A stretch of DNA of 64,000 bases from Pristiophorus japonicus (Eukaryota). The notes beneath the pieces were generated by a model. The model was not told where the DNA came from, ran no database searches, and worked only from the letters and a program-made list of their open reading frames with translations. Below are positions 13,513-29,720 of this stretch, piece after piece (the stretch's first letter is position 1; each line of letters begins with the position of its first letter). The stretch is from NCBI RefSeq assembly GCF_044704955.1, contig NC_092008.1:11842001-11906000 (forward strand), written 5' to 3'. The position numbers and the translations under genes are program-made.

Positions 13513-14343
13513 AGATTAGTTCTGCTAGATATAGGTCTGATAAATGGGTGTCTGATTGATGGGGGCCTGTTAGATGGGGGTCTGCTGGATGGGAATCTGA
13601 TTGTTAGGAATCTGATTGGTGGGGATCTGATTGATTGTGGACTGATAGATAGGAGTCTCATTAGTGTGGCTCATTGATGGGTCTCGCAGCTTGGAATCTG
13701 AAGGATGGGGATTTGATAGGTGGGACCTTGTTGATTGAAATCTGATTGATGGGGGTCTTAGTCATGATAATCGCTTTTGTTGGGGTACTTAATGATGTTA
13801 ATTTGATTGATGGGGGCTGATTGATGGGAATCTAATTGATGGACGCCTGATAGATGGAGACCTTATAGATTTGGGGAATGATAGATCGGGGTCAGATTTA
13901 GGGAATCCGATGGATGTGGATCTGACTGATGTGGCTCTGATAGATGGGGTTCTGATAGACCGGGGTCTGATTTATGGGAATCTGATTGATGTGGATCTGA
14001 TTAATGTGGAGCTGATTGATGTTGATCAGATAGATGGGAACCTGATTGGGAATCTGTGTATCTGAATGAGGGTCTGAAAGATGAGGGTCTGATTGATTGG
14101 GGTCTGATAGATGGGAGTCACAATGATGGGGGTCTGATTGAAGGGAGTGTGATTGATATGTGTTGCCATAGTGATTCACAGATTGGGATCTGATTGATCT
14201 GACAAAAGGAATTCTGATTCTAGGGTTTGAGATTGAGGGGAATCTGATTAATGGGGATTTGTTTAATTATAATCTGATAGATGGCTGTCTGACAGATGAG
14301 CGGCGGTTTAATGGGAACTTTCTTCATGGGGGCTGATAGAAAG
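13513..14343 (-). repeat. Degenerate 15-bp satellite block, inverted relative to the rest of the window
   Basis: GATGGGGGTCTGATT units; reverse complement matches blocks at ~25065-25280, 26210-26650 and 39720-40060. Confidence 0.9.
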
Positions 14344-14345
14344 GG

Positions 14346-16132
14346 TTGGACAAAGCAAATTGGCCAGGGTTGCCTTGAGTAGGAGTGCATAGAGCATATC
14401 CGGGATAGTTTCCTTGAACAGTACATTGCAGAATCAACCAGGGATCAGGCTATCTTAGATCTAGTACTGTGTAATAGGGCAGGATTAATAAATGATCTCG
14501 TAGCAAAAGATCCTCCAGGAATGAGTGACTAATATATGGTTGAATTTCTAATTCAATTGGAGGGTAAGAAAGTTGGTTCTCAAACCAGGGTCCTAAGCTT
14601 AAATAAAGCAGACTACAAAGTTATGAGGACAGAGTTGGCGAAAGTGGACTGGGAAAGTAGACTTAAGTGTGGGACGGTTGATGAGCAGTGGCAGACATTT
14701 AAAGACATATTTCGTAATTCGCAACAAAAATATTTCCCAATGAAAAGGAAAGACTGTAAGAGAAGGGATAACTATCCGTGACTAACGAAGGAAATAAGGG
14801 ATGGTATCAAATTGAAAACAAAGGCGTACAATGTGGCCAAGACTAATGGGCGGCCAGAGAATTGGGACATTTTTAAAAGCCACCAGAGGACGGCCAAAAT
14901 AATGATAAAGTGAGGGTAGATAGATTATGAAAGGAAACTAGCACGAAATATAAAAATAGACGGTAAGAGTTTCTACAGGTACATAAAAATGAATAGAGTG
15001 GCTAAAGTAAATGTTGGTCCCCTAGAAGATGAGACTGGGGAATTAATAATTGAGAACGGGGAAATGGCAGAGACTTTGAACAAATATTTTGTATCGGTCT
15101 TCACGGTAGAAGACATGAAAAGCATCCTAATAGTGGATGATCAAGGGGCTATAGGTAGGGAGGAACTTAATACAATCACTATTACAAATGAAGTAGGACT
15201 AGGTAAAATAATGTGACTAAAGGTGGACACGTTCCCTGGACCTGATGCCTTACATTGTAAGGTCTTAAGAGAAGTGGCTGCAGAGATAGTGGATGGATTG
15301 CTTGCAATCTACCAACATTCCCTGGATTCAAGGCGGTCCCAGCTGATTGGAAAACCGCAAAAGTAATGCCCCTATTTAAAAAAGGAGGCTGACAAACAGC
15401 AAGCAACTATAGAGCAGTTAGACTAACATCTATGGTTGGGAAAATGCTGGAGTCCATAAATAAGAAAGCAGTAGCGAGATATTTGGAAAAGCATGACTCA
15501 ATCAAGGAGAGTCAGCATGGTTTTATGAAAGGGAAATCATGTTTGACAAATTTGCTGGAGTTCTTTGAGGATGTAACAAGCAGGGTGGATAAGCAGGAAC
15601 CTGTGGATGTGGTGTATTTGGATTTCCAGAAGGCATTCGATAAGGTGCTACATAAGAGGATACTGCACAAGATAAAACCTCACTGGGTTGGGGGTAATAT
15701 ATTAGCATGGATAGAGGATTGGCCAACTAACAGAAAACAGAGAGTCGGCATAAATGGGTCATTTTCCAGTTGGCAAACAGTGACTGGTGGGATGCCGCAG
15801 GGATCAGTGCTGGATCCTCAACTAGTTACAATCTATTTTAATGAATTGGATGAAGGGACTGACATCAAGATGGGTGGGAAAGAAAATTGTGAGGAGAACA
15901 CAAAAAATCTGCAAAGGCATTATGGACAGGCTAACATTTGTCAGATGGAGTATAATGTGGGAAAATGTGAGGTTATCCACTTGGGCAGAAATAATAGAAA
16001 AGCAAATTTTAATTTAAATGGAGAAAAATTGCAAAGTGCTGCAGTACAGGGGGTCCTTGTGCATGAAAAGTAAGTATGCAGGCCAGATGGCCTACTCCTG
16101 CTCCTATTTCTTATGTTCTTCTTATGTTCTTA
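14346..16132 (+). mobile_element. CR1 ORF2 fragment with internal deletions, (TTCTTATG)n tail
   Basis: GKSCLTNLLEFFEDVT, YLDFQKAFDKV, PQGSVL; tail at ~16107-16132. Confidence 0.9.
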
Positions 16133-16985
16133 TGAATCATCTGCATCAACCAGACCCACATCTATTAGATTATTTTCTATCCAGCCCATCAACCAGATGC
16201 CCATCAATGAGATTCCCAATCAGATTCCTATCAATCAGATCCATTTCAATCAGACCCGAATTAATTAGACCAACTTCTATCAGTGTACTATTTATTCACC
16301 CCATCAATCAGATGCCCATCAAGTTGGCCCCTTTCTATCAGCCCCCATGAAGAAAGTTCCCATTAAACTGCGGCTCGTCTGTCAGACACCCATCCATCAG
16401 ATTCCAATTAAACAAATGCCCATTAATCAGATTCCACCCAATCTGAATCCCAAGAATCAGAGTTCCCTTTATAAGATCTCTATCTATCAGACCACATAAA
16501 TCAGATCCACACCTATGATATCCCAATCTGTGAGTCCCGTCAGCGACCCAGATCAATCAGACCACCATCTATCGGACTCCCATCATTCAGAAACCCAACA
16601 ATCAGACTCCCAATCAAATTCCCAGCCTAAGACATCCCCATCTATCGGATCCCCATCTATCAGATCCAAATCATTCAGATTACCATAAACCAGACCCCAA
16701 TCTATCAGACACCAAATCCACGAGCTCTCCATCTATCAGACATCCATCAATCAGCCCCCATCAATCAAATTTTGTCAACAGGATCCCACATATGAGATCC
16801 CCTTCTATCAGAATCAAATCTGCGATTTCCATCAATGCGCCAGATTAACGTGACTCCCATCTATCAGACTACAATCAATCAGATTCCCACCAATCAGATT
16901 CCTATCAATCAGTTTCCCATACATCATACACCCATCTAACAGGCCCCATCTAACAGCCCCAATCTAACAGGCTCCCATCAATCAA
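16133..16985 (+). repeat. Degenerate 15-bp satellite
   Basis: CATC[AT]ATCAGA units; paralogous to 38807-39603. Confidence 0.9.
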
Positions 16986-19900
16986 TAAATACGTGGCCTG
17001 AGCAGTGGTGCAAGAGGGAGGGATTCAAATTCCTGGGACATTGGAACCAGTTCTGGGGGACGTGGGACGTGGGACGTGTACAAAAGGGACGGTCTGCACT
17101 TGGGCAGGACTGGAACTGATGTCCTCGGGGTAACATTTGCTAATGCAGTTCGGGAGTGTTTAAACTAATATGGCAGGCGGATGGGAACCTATGCAGCGAG
17201 ATAGGGCGAAGTAATATGTAGTCAGAAACAGATGGTCGAAAGGTAAAAAGCAATAGTGGAAGGTCGAGTAAACAAACGCAAGAAACAAAAAGGGCCACAC
17301 TACATAGTAATTCTAAAAGGACAAAGGGTGTTAAAAAAACAAGCCTGAAGGCTTTGTGTCTTAATGCAAAGAGTATCCGTAATAAGGTGGATGAATTAAC
17401 TGTGCAAATAGATGTTAACAGTATGATGTGATTGGGATTAAAGAGACGTGGCTCCAGGATGATCAGGGCTGGGAACTCAACATCCAAGGGTATTCAACAT
17501 TAAGGAAGGATAGAATAAAAGGAAAAGGAGGTGGGGTAGCATTTCTGGTTAAAGAGGAGATTAATGCAATAGTTAGGAAGGACATTAGCTTGGATGATGT
17601 GGAATCTATATGGGTAGAGCTGCAAAACACCAAAGGGCAAAAAACGTTAGTGGGAGTTGTGTACAGACCTCCAAACAGTAGTAGTGATGTTGGGGAGGGC
17701 AACAAACAATAAATTAGGGGTGCATGCAATAAAGGTGCAGCAGTTATAATGGGTGACATTAATATGCATATAGATAGGGCTAACCAAACTGGAAGCAATA
17801 CGGTGGAGGATGATTTCCTGGAGTGCATAAGGGATGGTTTTCTAGACCAATATGTCGAGGAACCAACTAGGAGGGAGGCTATCTTAGACTGGGTGTTGTG
17901 TAATGAGAGAGGATTAATTAGCAATCTCGTTGTGCGAGGCCCCTTGGGGAAGAGTAACCATAATATGGTGGAATTCTATATTAGGGTGGAGAATGAAACA
18001 GTTAATTCAGAGACCATGGTGCAGAACTTAAAGAAGAGTAACTTTGAAGGTATGAGGCGTGAATTGGCTAGGATAGATTGGCGAATGATACTTAAGGGGT
18101 TGACTGTGGATGGGCAATGGCAGACATTTAGAGACCGCATGGATGAACTACAACAATTGTACATTCTTGTCTGGCGTAAAAATAAAAAAGGGAAGGTGAC
18201 TCAACCGTGGCTATAAAGGGAAATCAGGGATAGTATTAAAGCAAGGAAGTGGCATACAAATTGGCCAGGAATAGCAGTGAACCCGGGGACTGGGAGAAAT
18301 TTAGAACTCAGCAGAGGAGGACAAAGGGTTTGATTAGGGCAGGGAAAATAGAGTGCGAGAGGAAGCTTGCAGGGAACATTAAGATGGACTGCAAAAGTTT
18401 CTATAGATATGTAAAGAGAAAAAGGTTAGTAAAGACAAACGTGGGTCCCCTGCAGTCAGAATCAGGGGAAGTCATAATGGGGAACAAAGAAATGGCGGAC
18501 CAATTGAACAAGTACTTTGGTTCGGTATTCACTCAGGAGGACACAAACCACCTTCCGATATAAAAGGGGTCAGTGGGTCTAGTAAGAAGGAGGAACTAAG
18601 GGAAATCCTTATTAGTCGGGAAATTGTGTTGGGGAAATTGATGGGATTGAAGGCAGATAAATCCCCTGGTCCTGATGGACTGCATCCCAGAGTACTTAAG
18701 GAGGTGGCCTTGGAAATAGCGGATGCATTGACAGTCATTTTCCAACATTCCATAGACTCTGGATCAGTTCCTATGGAGTGGAGGGTAGCCAATGTAACCC
18801 CACTTTTAAAAAAGGAGGGTGAGAGAATACAGGGAATTATAGACCGGTCAGCCTGACATCGGTAGTGGGTAAAATGATGGAATCAATTATTAAGGATGTC
18901 ATAGCAGCGAATTTGAAAAGAGGTGACATGATAGGTCCAAGTCAGCATGGATTTGTGAAAGGGAAATCATGCTTGACAAATCTTCTGGAATTTTGTGAGG
19001 ATGTTTTCAATAGAGTGGACAAAAGAGAACCAGTTGATGTGATATATTTGGACTTTCAGAAGGCTTTCGACAAGGTCCCATACAAGAGATTAATGTGCAA
19101 AGTTAAAGCGCATGGGATTAGAGGTAGTGTGCTGACGTGGATTGAGAACTGGTTGGCAGACAGGAAGCAATGGGTACTTTTCAGAATGGCAGGCAGTGAC
19201 TAGTGGGGTACCGCAAGGTTCTGTGCTGGGGCCCCAGCTGTTTACATTGTACATTAATGATTTAGACGAGGGGATTAAATGTAGTATCTCCAAATTTGCG
19301 GATGACACTAAGTTGGGTGGCAGTGTGAGCTGCGCGGAGGATGCTATGAGGCTGCAGAGTGACTTGGATAGGTTAGGTGAGTGGGCAAATGCATGGCAGA
19401 TGAAGTATAATGTGGATAAATGTGAGGTTATCCACTTTGTTGGTAAAAACAGAGAGACAGAATATTATCTGAATGGTGTCAGATTAGGAAAAGGGTTGTT
19501 GCAACGGGACTGGGAGAAATTTAGAACTCAGCAGAGGAGGACAAAGGGTTTGATTAGGGCAGGGAAAATGGAGTACGAGAAGAAGCTTGCAGGGAACATT
19601 AAGGCGGATTGCAAAAGTTTCTATAGGTATGTAAAGAGAAAAAGGTTAGTAAAGAGAAACGTAGGTCACCTGCAGTCAGAATCAGGGGAAGTCATAACGG
19701 GGAACAAAGAAATGGCAGACCAATTGAACAAGTACTTTGGTTCAGTATTCACTAAGGAGGACACAAACAACCTTCCGGATATAAAAGGGGTCAGAGGGTC
19801 TAGTAAGGAGGAGGAACTGAGGGAAATATTTATTAGTCGGGAAATTGTGTTGGGGAAATTGATGGGATTGAAGGCCGATAAATCCCCAGGGCCTGATGGA

Positions 19901-22900
19901 CTGCATCCCAGAGTACTTAAGGAGGTGGCCTTGGAAATAGCGGATTCATTGACAGTCATTTTCCAACATTCCATTGACTCTGGATCAGTTCCTATCGAGT
20001 GGAGGATAGCCAATGTAACCCCACTTTTTAAAAAAAGAGGGAGAGAGAAAACAGGGAATTATAGACCGGTCAGCCTGACCTCAGTAGTGGTAAAATGATG
20101 GAGTCAATTATTAAGGATGTCATAGCAGCGCATTTGGAAAATGGTGACTTGATAGGTCCAAGTCAGCATGGATTTGTGAAAGGGAAATCATGCTTGACAA
20201 ATCTTCTGGAATTTTTTGAGGATGTTTCCAGTAAAGTGGACAAAGGAGAACCAGTTGATGTGGTATATTTGGACTTTCAGAAGGCTTTCGACAAGGTCCA
20301 ACACAAGAGATTAATGTGCAAACTTAAAGCACATGGGATTGGGGGTAGTGTGCTGACATGGATTGAGAACTGGTTGTCAGACAGGAAGCAAAGAGTAGGA
20401 GTAAATGGGTACTTTTCAGAATGGCAGGCAGTGACTAGTGTGGTACTGCAAGGTTCTGTGCTGGGGCCCCAGCTGTTTACATTGTACATTAATGATTTAG
20501 ACGAGGGGATTAAATGCAGTATCTCCAAATTTGCGGATGACACTAAGTTGGGTGGCAGTGTGAGCTGCGAGGAGGATGCTATGAGGCTGCAGAGTGACTT
20601 GGATAGGTTAGGTGAGTGGGCAAATGCATGCCAGATGAAGTATAATGTGGATAAATGTGAGGTTATCCACTTTGTTGGTAAAAACAGAGAGACAGAATAT
20701 TATCTGAATGGTGACAGATTAGGAAAAGGGTTGTTGCAACGGGACTGGTAGAAATTTAGAACTCAGCAGAGGAGGACAAAGGGTTTGATTAGGGCAGGGA
20801 AAATGGAGTACGAGAAGAAGCTTGCAGGGAACATTAAGGCGGATTGCAAAAGTTTCTATAGGTATGTAAAGAGAAAAAGGTTAGTAAAGAGAAACGTAGG
20901 TCACCTGCAGTCAGAATCAGGGGAAGTCATAACGGGGAACAAAGAAATGGCAGACCAATTGAACAAGTACTTTGGTTCAGTATTCACTAAGGAGGACACA
21001 AACAACCTTCCGGATATAAAAGGGGTCAGAGGGTCTAGTAAGGAGGAGGAACTGAGGGAAATATTTATTAGTCGGGAAATTGTGTTGGGGAAATTGATGG
21101 GATTGAAGGCCGATAAATCCCCAGGGCCTGATGGACTGCATCCCAGAGTACTTAAGGAGGTGGCCTTGGAAATAGCGGATTCATTGACAGTCATTTTCCA
21201 ACATTCCATTGACTCTGGATCAGTTCCTATCGAGTGGAGGATAGCCAATGTAACCCCACTTTTTAAAAAAAGAGGGAGAGAGAAAACAGGGAATTATAGA
21301 CCGGTCAGCCTGACCTCAGTAGTGGTAAAATGATGGAGTCAATTATTAAGGATGTCATAGCAGCGCATTTGGAAAATGGTGACTTGATAGGTCCAAGTCA
21401 GCATGGATTTGTGAAAGGGAAATCATGCTTGACAAATCTTCTGGAATTTTTTGAGGATGTTTCCAGTAAAGTGGACAAAGGAGAACCAGTTGATGTGGTA
21501 TATTTGGACTTTCAGAAGGCTTTCGACAAGGTCCAACACAAGAGATTAATGTGCAAACTTAAAGCACATGGGATTGGGGGTAGTGTGCTGACATGGATTG
21601 AGAACTGGTTGTCAGACAGGAAGCAAAGAGTAGGAGTAAATGGGTACTTTTCAGAATAGCAGGCAGTGACTAGTGGGGTACTGCAAGGTTCTGTGCTGGG
21701 GCCCCAGCTGTTTACATTGTACATTAATGATTTAGACGAGGGGATTAAATGCAGTATCTCCAAATTTGCGGATGACACTAAGTTGGGTGGCAGTGTGAGC
21801 TGCGAGGAGGATGCTATGAGGCTGCAGAGTGACTTGGATAGGTTAGGTGAGTGGGCAAATGCATGGCAGATGAAGTATAATATGGATAAATGTGAGGTTA
21901 TCCACTTTGGTGGTAAAAACAGAGAGACAGACTATTATCTGAATGGTGAGAGATTAGGAAAAGGGAAGGTGTAACGAGACCTGGGTGTCATGGTACATCA
22001 GTCATTGAAGGTTGGCATGCAGTTACAGCAGGCGGTTAAGAAAGCAAATGGCGTGTTGGCTTTCATAGCGAGGGGATTTGAGTACAGGGGCAGGGAGGTC
22101 TTGCTACAGTTCTATAGTGCCTTGGTGAGGCCACACCTGGAGTATTGTGTACAGTTTTCGTCTCCTAACTTGAGGAAGGACATTCTTGCTATTGAGGGAG
22201 TGCAGCGAAGATTCACCAGACTGATTCCCGGGATGGTGGGTCTGACCTATCAAGAATGATTGGATCAACTGGGCTTGTATTCACTGGAGTTCAGAAGAAT
22301 GAGAGGGGACCTCATAGAAACGTTTAAAATTCTGACGGGTTTAGACAGGTTAGATGCAGGAAGAATGTTCCCAATGTTGGGGAAGTCCAGAACCAGGGGT
22401 CACTGTCTAAGGATAAGGGGTAAGCCATTTAGGACCGAGATGAGGAGAAACTTCTTCACCCAGAGAGTGGTGAACCTGTGGAATTCTCTACCACAGAAAG
22501 TAGTTGAGGCCAATTCACTAAATATATTCAAAAGGGAGTTAGATGAAGTCCTTACTACTCGGGGGATCAAGGGGTATGGCGAGAAAGCATGAAGCGGGTA
22601 CTGAAGTTTCATGTTCAGCCATGAACTCATTGAATGGCGGTGCAGGCTAGAAGGGCTGAATGTTCTGCTCCTGCACCTAGTTTCTATGTTTCTATGTTTC
22701 TATGAGACCTGGGTGTCATGGTACATCAGTCATTGAAGGTTGGCATGCAGGTACAGCAGGCGGTTAGGAAAGCAAATGGCATGTTGGCCTTCATAGCGAG
22801 GGGATTTGAGTACAGGGCCTTGGTGAGGCCACAACTGGAGTATTGTGTACAGTTTTGATCTCCTAACTTGAGGAAGGACATTCTTGCTATTGAGGGAGTG

Positions 22901-23396
22901 CAGCGAGGGTTCACCAGACTGATTCCCGGGATGGCGGGACTGACATATCAAGAAATACTGGATCAACTGGGCTTGTATTCACTGGAGTTCAGAAGAATGA
23001 GAGGGGATCTCATAGAAACGTTTAAAATTCTGACGGGTTTCGACAGGTGAGATGCAGAAGAATGTTCCCAATGTTGGGGAAGTCCAGAACCAGGTGTCAC
23101 AGTCTAAGGATAAGGGGTAAGCCATTTAGGACCGAGATGAGGAGAAACCTCTTCACCCAGAGAGTGGTGAACCTGTGAAATTCTCTACCACAGAAAGTTG
23201 TTGAGGCCAATTCACTAAATATATTCAAAAAGGAGTTAGATGTAGTCCTTACTACTAGGGGGATCAAGGGGTATGGCGAGAAATCAGGAATGGGGTACTG
23301 AAGTTGCATGTTCAATCATGAACTCATTGAATGGCGGTACAGGCTCGAAGGGCTGAATGGCCTACTTCTGCACCTATTTTCTATGTTTCTATGTTT
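16986..23396 (+). mobile_element. Composite CR1 insertion: 5'-truncated element with a triplicated ~1.23-kb internal ORF2 segment and a second 3' end
   Basis: Endonuclease and RT motifs; repeated RT blocks at ~18286-19505, 19506-20740 and 20741-21975; (TTTCTATG)n tails at ~22681-22703 and ~23378-23396. Confidence 0.93.
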
Positions 23397-23704
23397 CAAA
23401 GCCACATCTATCAGATCCAATCTGCGATACTCATATCTATTGGACACTTATCGGTCAGGCTCCCATCAGTCAGACCGCTATCAAACAGATCGCAAACTGG
23501 GAGATCCATCATTAACCAGCAATCAGACCCCATCAATCAGAATCCAATCCATCAGACCCCCTTTCATCGGTCTCCATCTATCCGATGCACACATTTCAGA
23601 ATTCTAAACTAGATTTATCAGAGACCCTATCAATTAGATTCCCATCAATTAGACTTTGATCCATCATCAGAATCGCAGATCTCAGATCTCAATCTGTGAG
23701 ATCT
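23397..23704 (+). repeat. Degenerate 15-bp satellite
   Basis: Continues the unit interrupted at 16985; matches 39603-39705 and 35140-35580. Confidence 0.85.
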
Positions 23705-24865
23705 ATAAGAAAATAAGAAATAGGAGTAGGAGTAAGCCAGACGACCCCTCGAGCCTGCTCTGCCATTCAATAATATCATAGCTGATCTGATTATGGACTG
23801 AGGTCCACTTTCCTGTCCGCTCCCGATAACACCTTATCCCTTATCCTTTAAGAAACTGTCCATTTCTGTCTTAAATGTATTCAATATCTCTGCTTCCACA
23901 GCTTTCTGAGGCAGCGAATTCCACAGATTTACAACCCTCTAAGAGACGAAGTTTCTCCTCATCTCTGCTTTAAATCGGCGGCCTCTTATTCTAAGATCAT
24001 GCCCTCTTGTTCTAGTCTCCCCCATCAGTGGAAACATCATCTCTGCATCCACCTTGTCAAGCCCCCTCATCATCTTATACATTTCGATAAGATCACCTCT
24101 CATTCTTCTGAATTCCAATGAGTAGAGGCCCAACCTCCTCAACCTTTCCTAAGTCAACCCCCTCATCCCCGGAATCAACTTAGTGAACTTTTTCTCATCT
24201 GCCTCCAAACAAGTATGTCCTTTCGTAATTATAGAAACGAAAACTGCACGCAGTACTCCAGGTGTGGCCTCATCAATACCCTGTATAACTGTAGCAAGAC
24301 TTCCCTGCTTTTATACTCCATCCCCTTTGCAATAAAGGCCAAGATGCCTTTGGCCTTCCTGATCACTTGCTGTACCTGCATACTATCCTTTTGTGTTTCA
24401 TGCGCACGTACCCCCAGGTCCCGCTGTACTGCGGCACTTTGCAATCTTTCTACATTTAAACAATAACTTGCTCTTTGATTTTTTTTCTGCCAAAGTGCAT
24501 AACCTCACACTTTCCAACATTATATGACATATAGCAAATTTTTACCCACTCACTTAGCCTGTCTATGTCCTTTTGCAGATTTTTGTGTCATCCTCACAGA
24601 TTGCTTTTCCTCTCATCTTTGTATCGTCAGCAAACTTGGCTACGTTACACTCAGTCCCTTCTTCCAAGTCGTTAATATAGTTTGTAAATAGTTGGGGACC
24701 CAGCACTGATCCCTGCGGCACTCCACTAGTTACTGGTTGCCAACCAGAGAATGAACCATTTATCCCGGCTCTGTTAGTTCGCCAATCCTCTATCCACGCT
24801 AATATATCACCCCCAACCCCGTGAACTTTTATCTTGTCCAGTAACCTTTTATGTAAAATCTTATC
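23705..24865 (-). mobile_element. 5'-truncated CR1 (TTCTTAT-tail subfamily)
   Basis: [39 protein letters not shown]; tail at ~23705-23722. Confidence 0.92.
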
Positions 24866-26682
24866 AATGATCTGCATCAATGAAACCCACATTTATTAGA
24901 TTATCATGTATCTGCCCCATCAATCAGATGCCCGTCAATGCGATTCCCAATCAGATTTCTATCAATCAGACCACCATCAACCAGACCCGAATTAACCAGA
25001 CCCACTTCTATCATTATACTATCCATCCGCCTCTTCAATCTGATGTCTATCAATCTGGCCCCGTTCTTTTAGCCCCCATGAAGAAAGTTCTCATTAAACC
25101 ACCGCTCATCTGTCAGACACACATGTGTCAGATTTCAATTAAACAACTCCCCATTAATCAGATTCCCCTCAATCTCAACCCCTAGAATCAAAATCCCGTT
25201 TGTCAGATACCTATCTATCAGATTCCCATCATTCAGATTCCCATCTATCAGAAACCCAATCAGATTCCCAATCAGGTCCCCTGTAAGATTCAGTGAAAAC
25301 ATTGGAATAAATTTTTGGACTTATAAGTTGTGAACTTTGCTGGGACACATTCACCTTACAACAGCAGAGCTGACCTGGAGCAAGTCCAAACATGGTTTAA
25401 GTTGAACACACATCAACTGGGCGGGAATGGCAGGCCTTTTATCATGGAATGGCAACCCATCAGTGAAACATTAAGTAAGGTGGCTGGAGTTTCAGGCCAT
25501 CGAAAGACAAAGGAAAGCTATTTTGACCACAGACTCATCAGAGCCACCCATCAAAGGACAGCCCAGTTTGACAAAGGGGCAGGCAAATACTTGGTTTTTG
25601 CTTTTCAGTTGGACAGCCTCAGGCGGGAGGGACAGGTGGACTTTTAGCAGTTTTGCAGGTATAAGAGAAGGCAGTTAGAAGGCATCTCTCTCTCTCTCTC
25701 CCCCCTTTTCTATGCCTGCTTGCAATGCACAAGGACCGAGCACTCCATCTGGAACGGAGAGAAGAAACCAATATCTACGAGCTAAGAGAGCCTTGCTACT
25801 TCGACTGGGAGGCTGACCTTGAGACTGAAGGTGAATATTTTGGTACGGACCCAGAAGATACACCTCATCAGGAGAAGCAGCGAGTAAGCCAGAGGGGTAA
25901 TTGGTGAGCATTTATCCCAGACAACAGATCTTTAAGACCACCGCATAGTATGAAACAATGTCGTGAGTCCCAACCAAATTTTAGGGGTTTTCAGGGGAGG
26001 TGTTTTAGTCATGGGTACTTCATGTTACGGGTATCTTTTGACAGGGCAAACTGTGTATTGTACTGCATTTGTTTGTTTTACACACCAGGGTGTGTGTGGT
26101 TTTATTGGGTGCAGGTGTGTGCGTTAACTTTAATAAAAGCATTGCCGGTACTCAGACCAAGAGTTACCCGTCCCTGACTCATTCATCAGTCCAGTAATTT
26201 AACCCATCGAGCAGACCCCCAGTCGAAGAGATCCCCATCTATCTTATCCACATCAATCCGATTCCCATAAATCAGACCCAGATCTATCAGACCCCAAATC
26301 CATAAGATCTCCATCTATCAGACATCCATCAAACAGATTCACATCAATCAGCACTTATCAATCAAATTACCATCAATAAGAACCCCAACAAAAACGATTA
26401 CCATGAAGAAGAACCCCATCAATCAGATTCCCAACAATAATATTACCACATATCATATCCCCATCTATCAAATTCAAATCTGCGAGTCCCATCAACACTA
26501 ACGAGACTCCCGTCAAACAAATTCCCATCTATCAGACCACAATCAGATTCCCGTCGATCAAATTCCTACGAATCAGATTCCTGTCAATCGGTTTCCCATC
26601 CAGCAGACGCCCATGTAACAGGCCCCCAGATAACAGGCCTATATCTGTCAGCTACTTTATCTATGAGAGCAACCATCTATCA
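24866..26682 (+). repeat. Degenerate 15-bp satellite, split by a solo LTR
   Basis: ATCAATCAGA/ATCTATCAGA units on both sides of 25282-26204. Confidence 0.85.
25282..26204 (+). mobile_element. Probable solo LTR (~920 bp)
   Basis: Starts TGTAA and ends TTAAC(C); TATAA at ~25660, CT run, AATAAA at 26132; absent from the paralogous satellite site at ~39865-39875 (ccaatcaggtttccatctagcagaccccc). Confidence 0.65.
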
Positions 26683-26952
26683 ATGGGGGGTGTTTTGGTG
26701 ACTGAAGTGCTGTGTGACACCAGGACTGCAGCCCTGGGGAGATGCATTAATCCCTGTCCTCGGTCCATTGATCCTCTTCTAACTTCAACCTTCTTCCTTT
26801 ACACCGTGTTCTCAATCCCTTGTCATGTATTTGGAAATTTTACATCGACACAATGCCAAAATCATCTAAAATAAATGTATTTAATTAATTATAATTTATA
26901 ACATCAGTGTGAATTAAAGTTACACTATTTTTACTCATTAAATTAATAAATC

Positions 26953-29665
<2,713 letters not shown>

Positions 29666-29720
29666 GATCTCCGTGTATTCTCGCAGCTCCAGAGAATGTG
29701 GCGGGTGTCGCCGCTCCCGC

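Noticed and set aside
11811-16986. Single inversion splitting one CR1 into the 11811 and 16986 pieces
   Set aside because: The ends nearly match, but the satellite on both sides of 16986-23396 is contiguous in the paralog at ~39603, which favours a simple insertion of a truncated element
19142-21974. Functional reverse transcriptase genes
   Set aside because: Fragments of CR1 ORF2 broken by frameshifts, stops and rearrangement junctions
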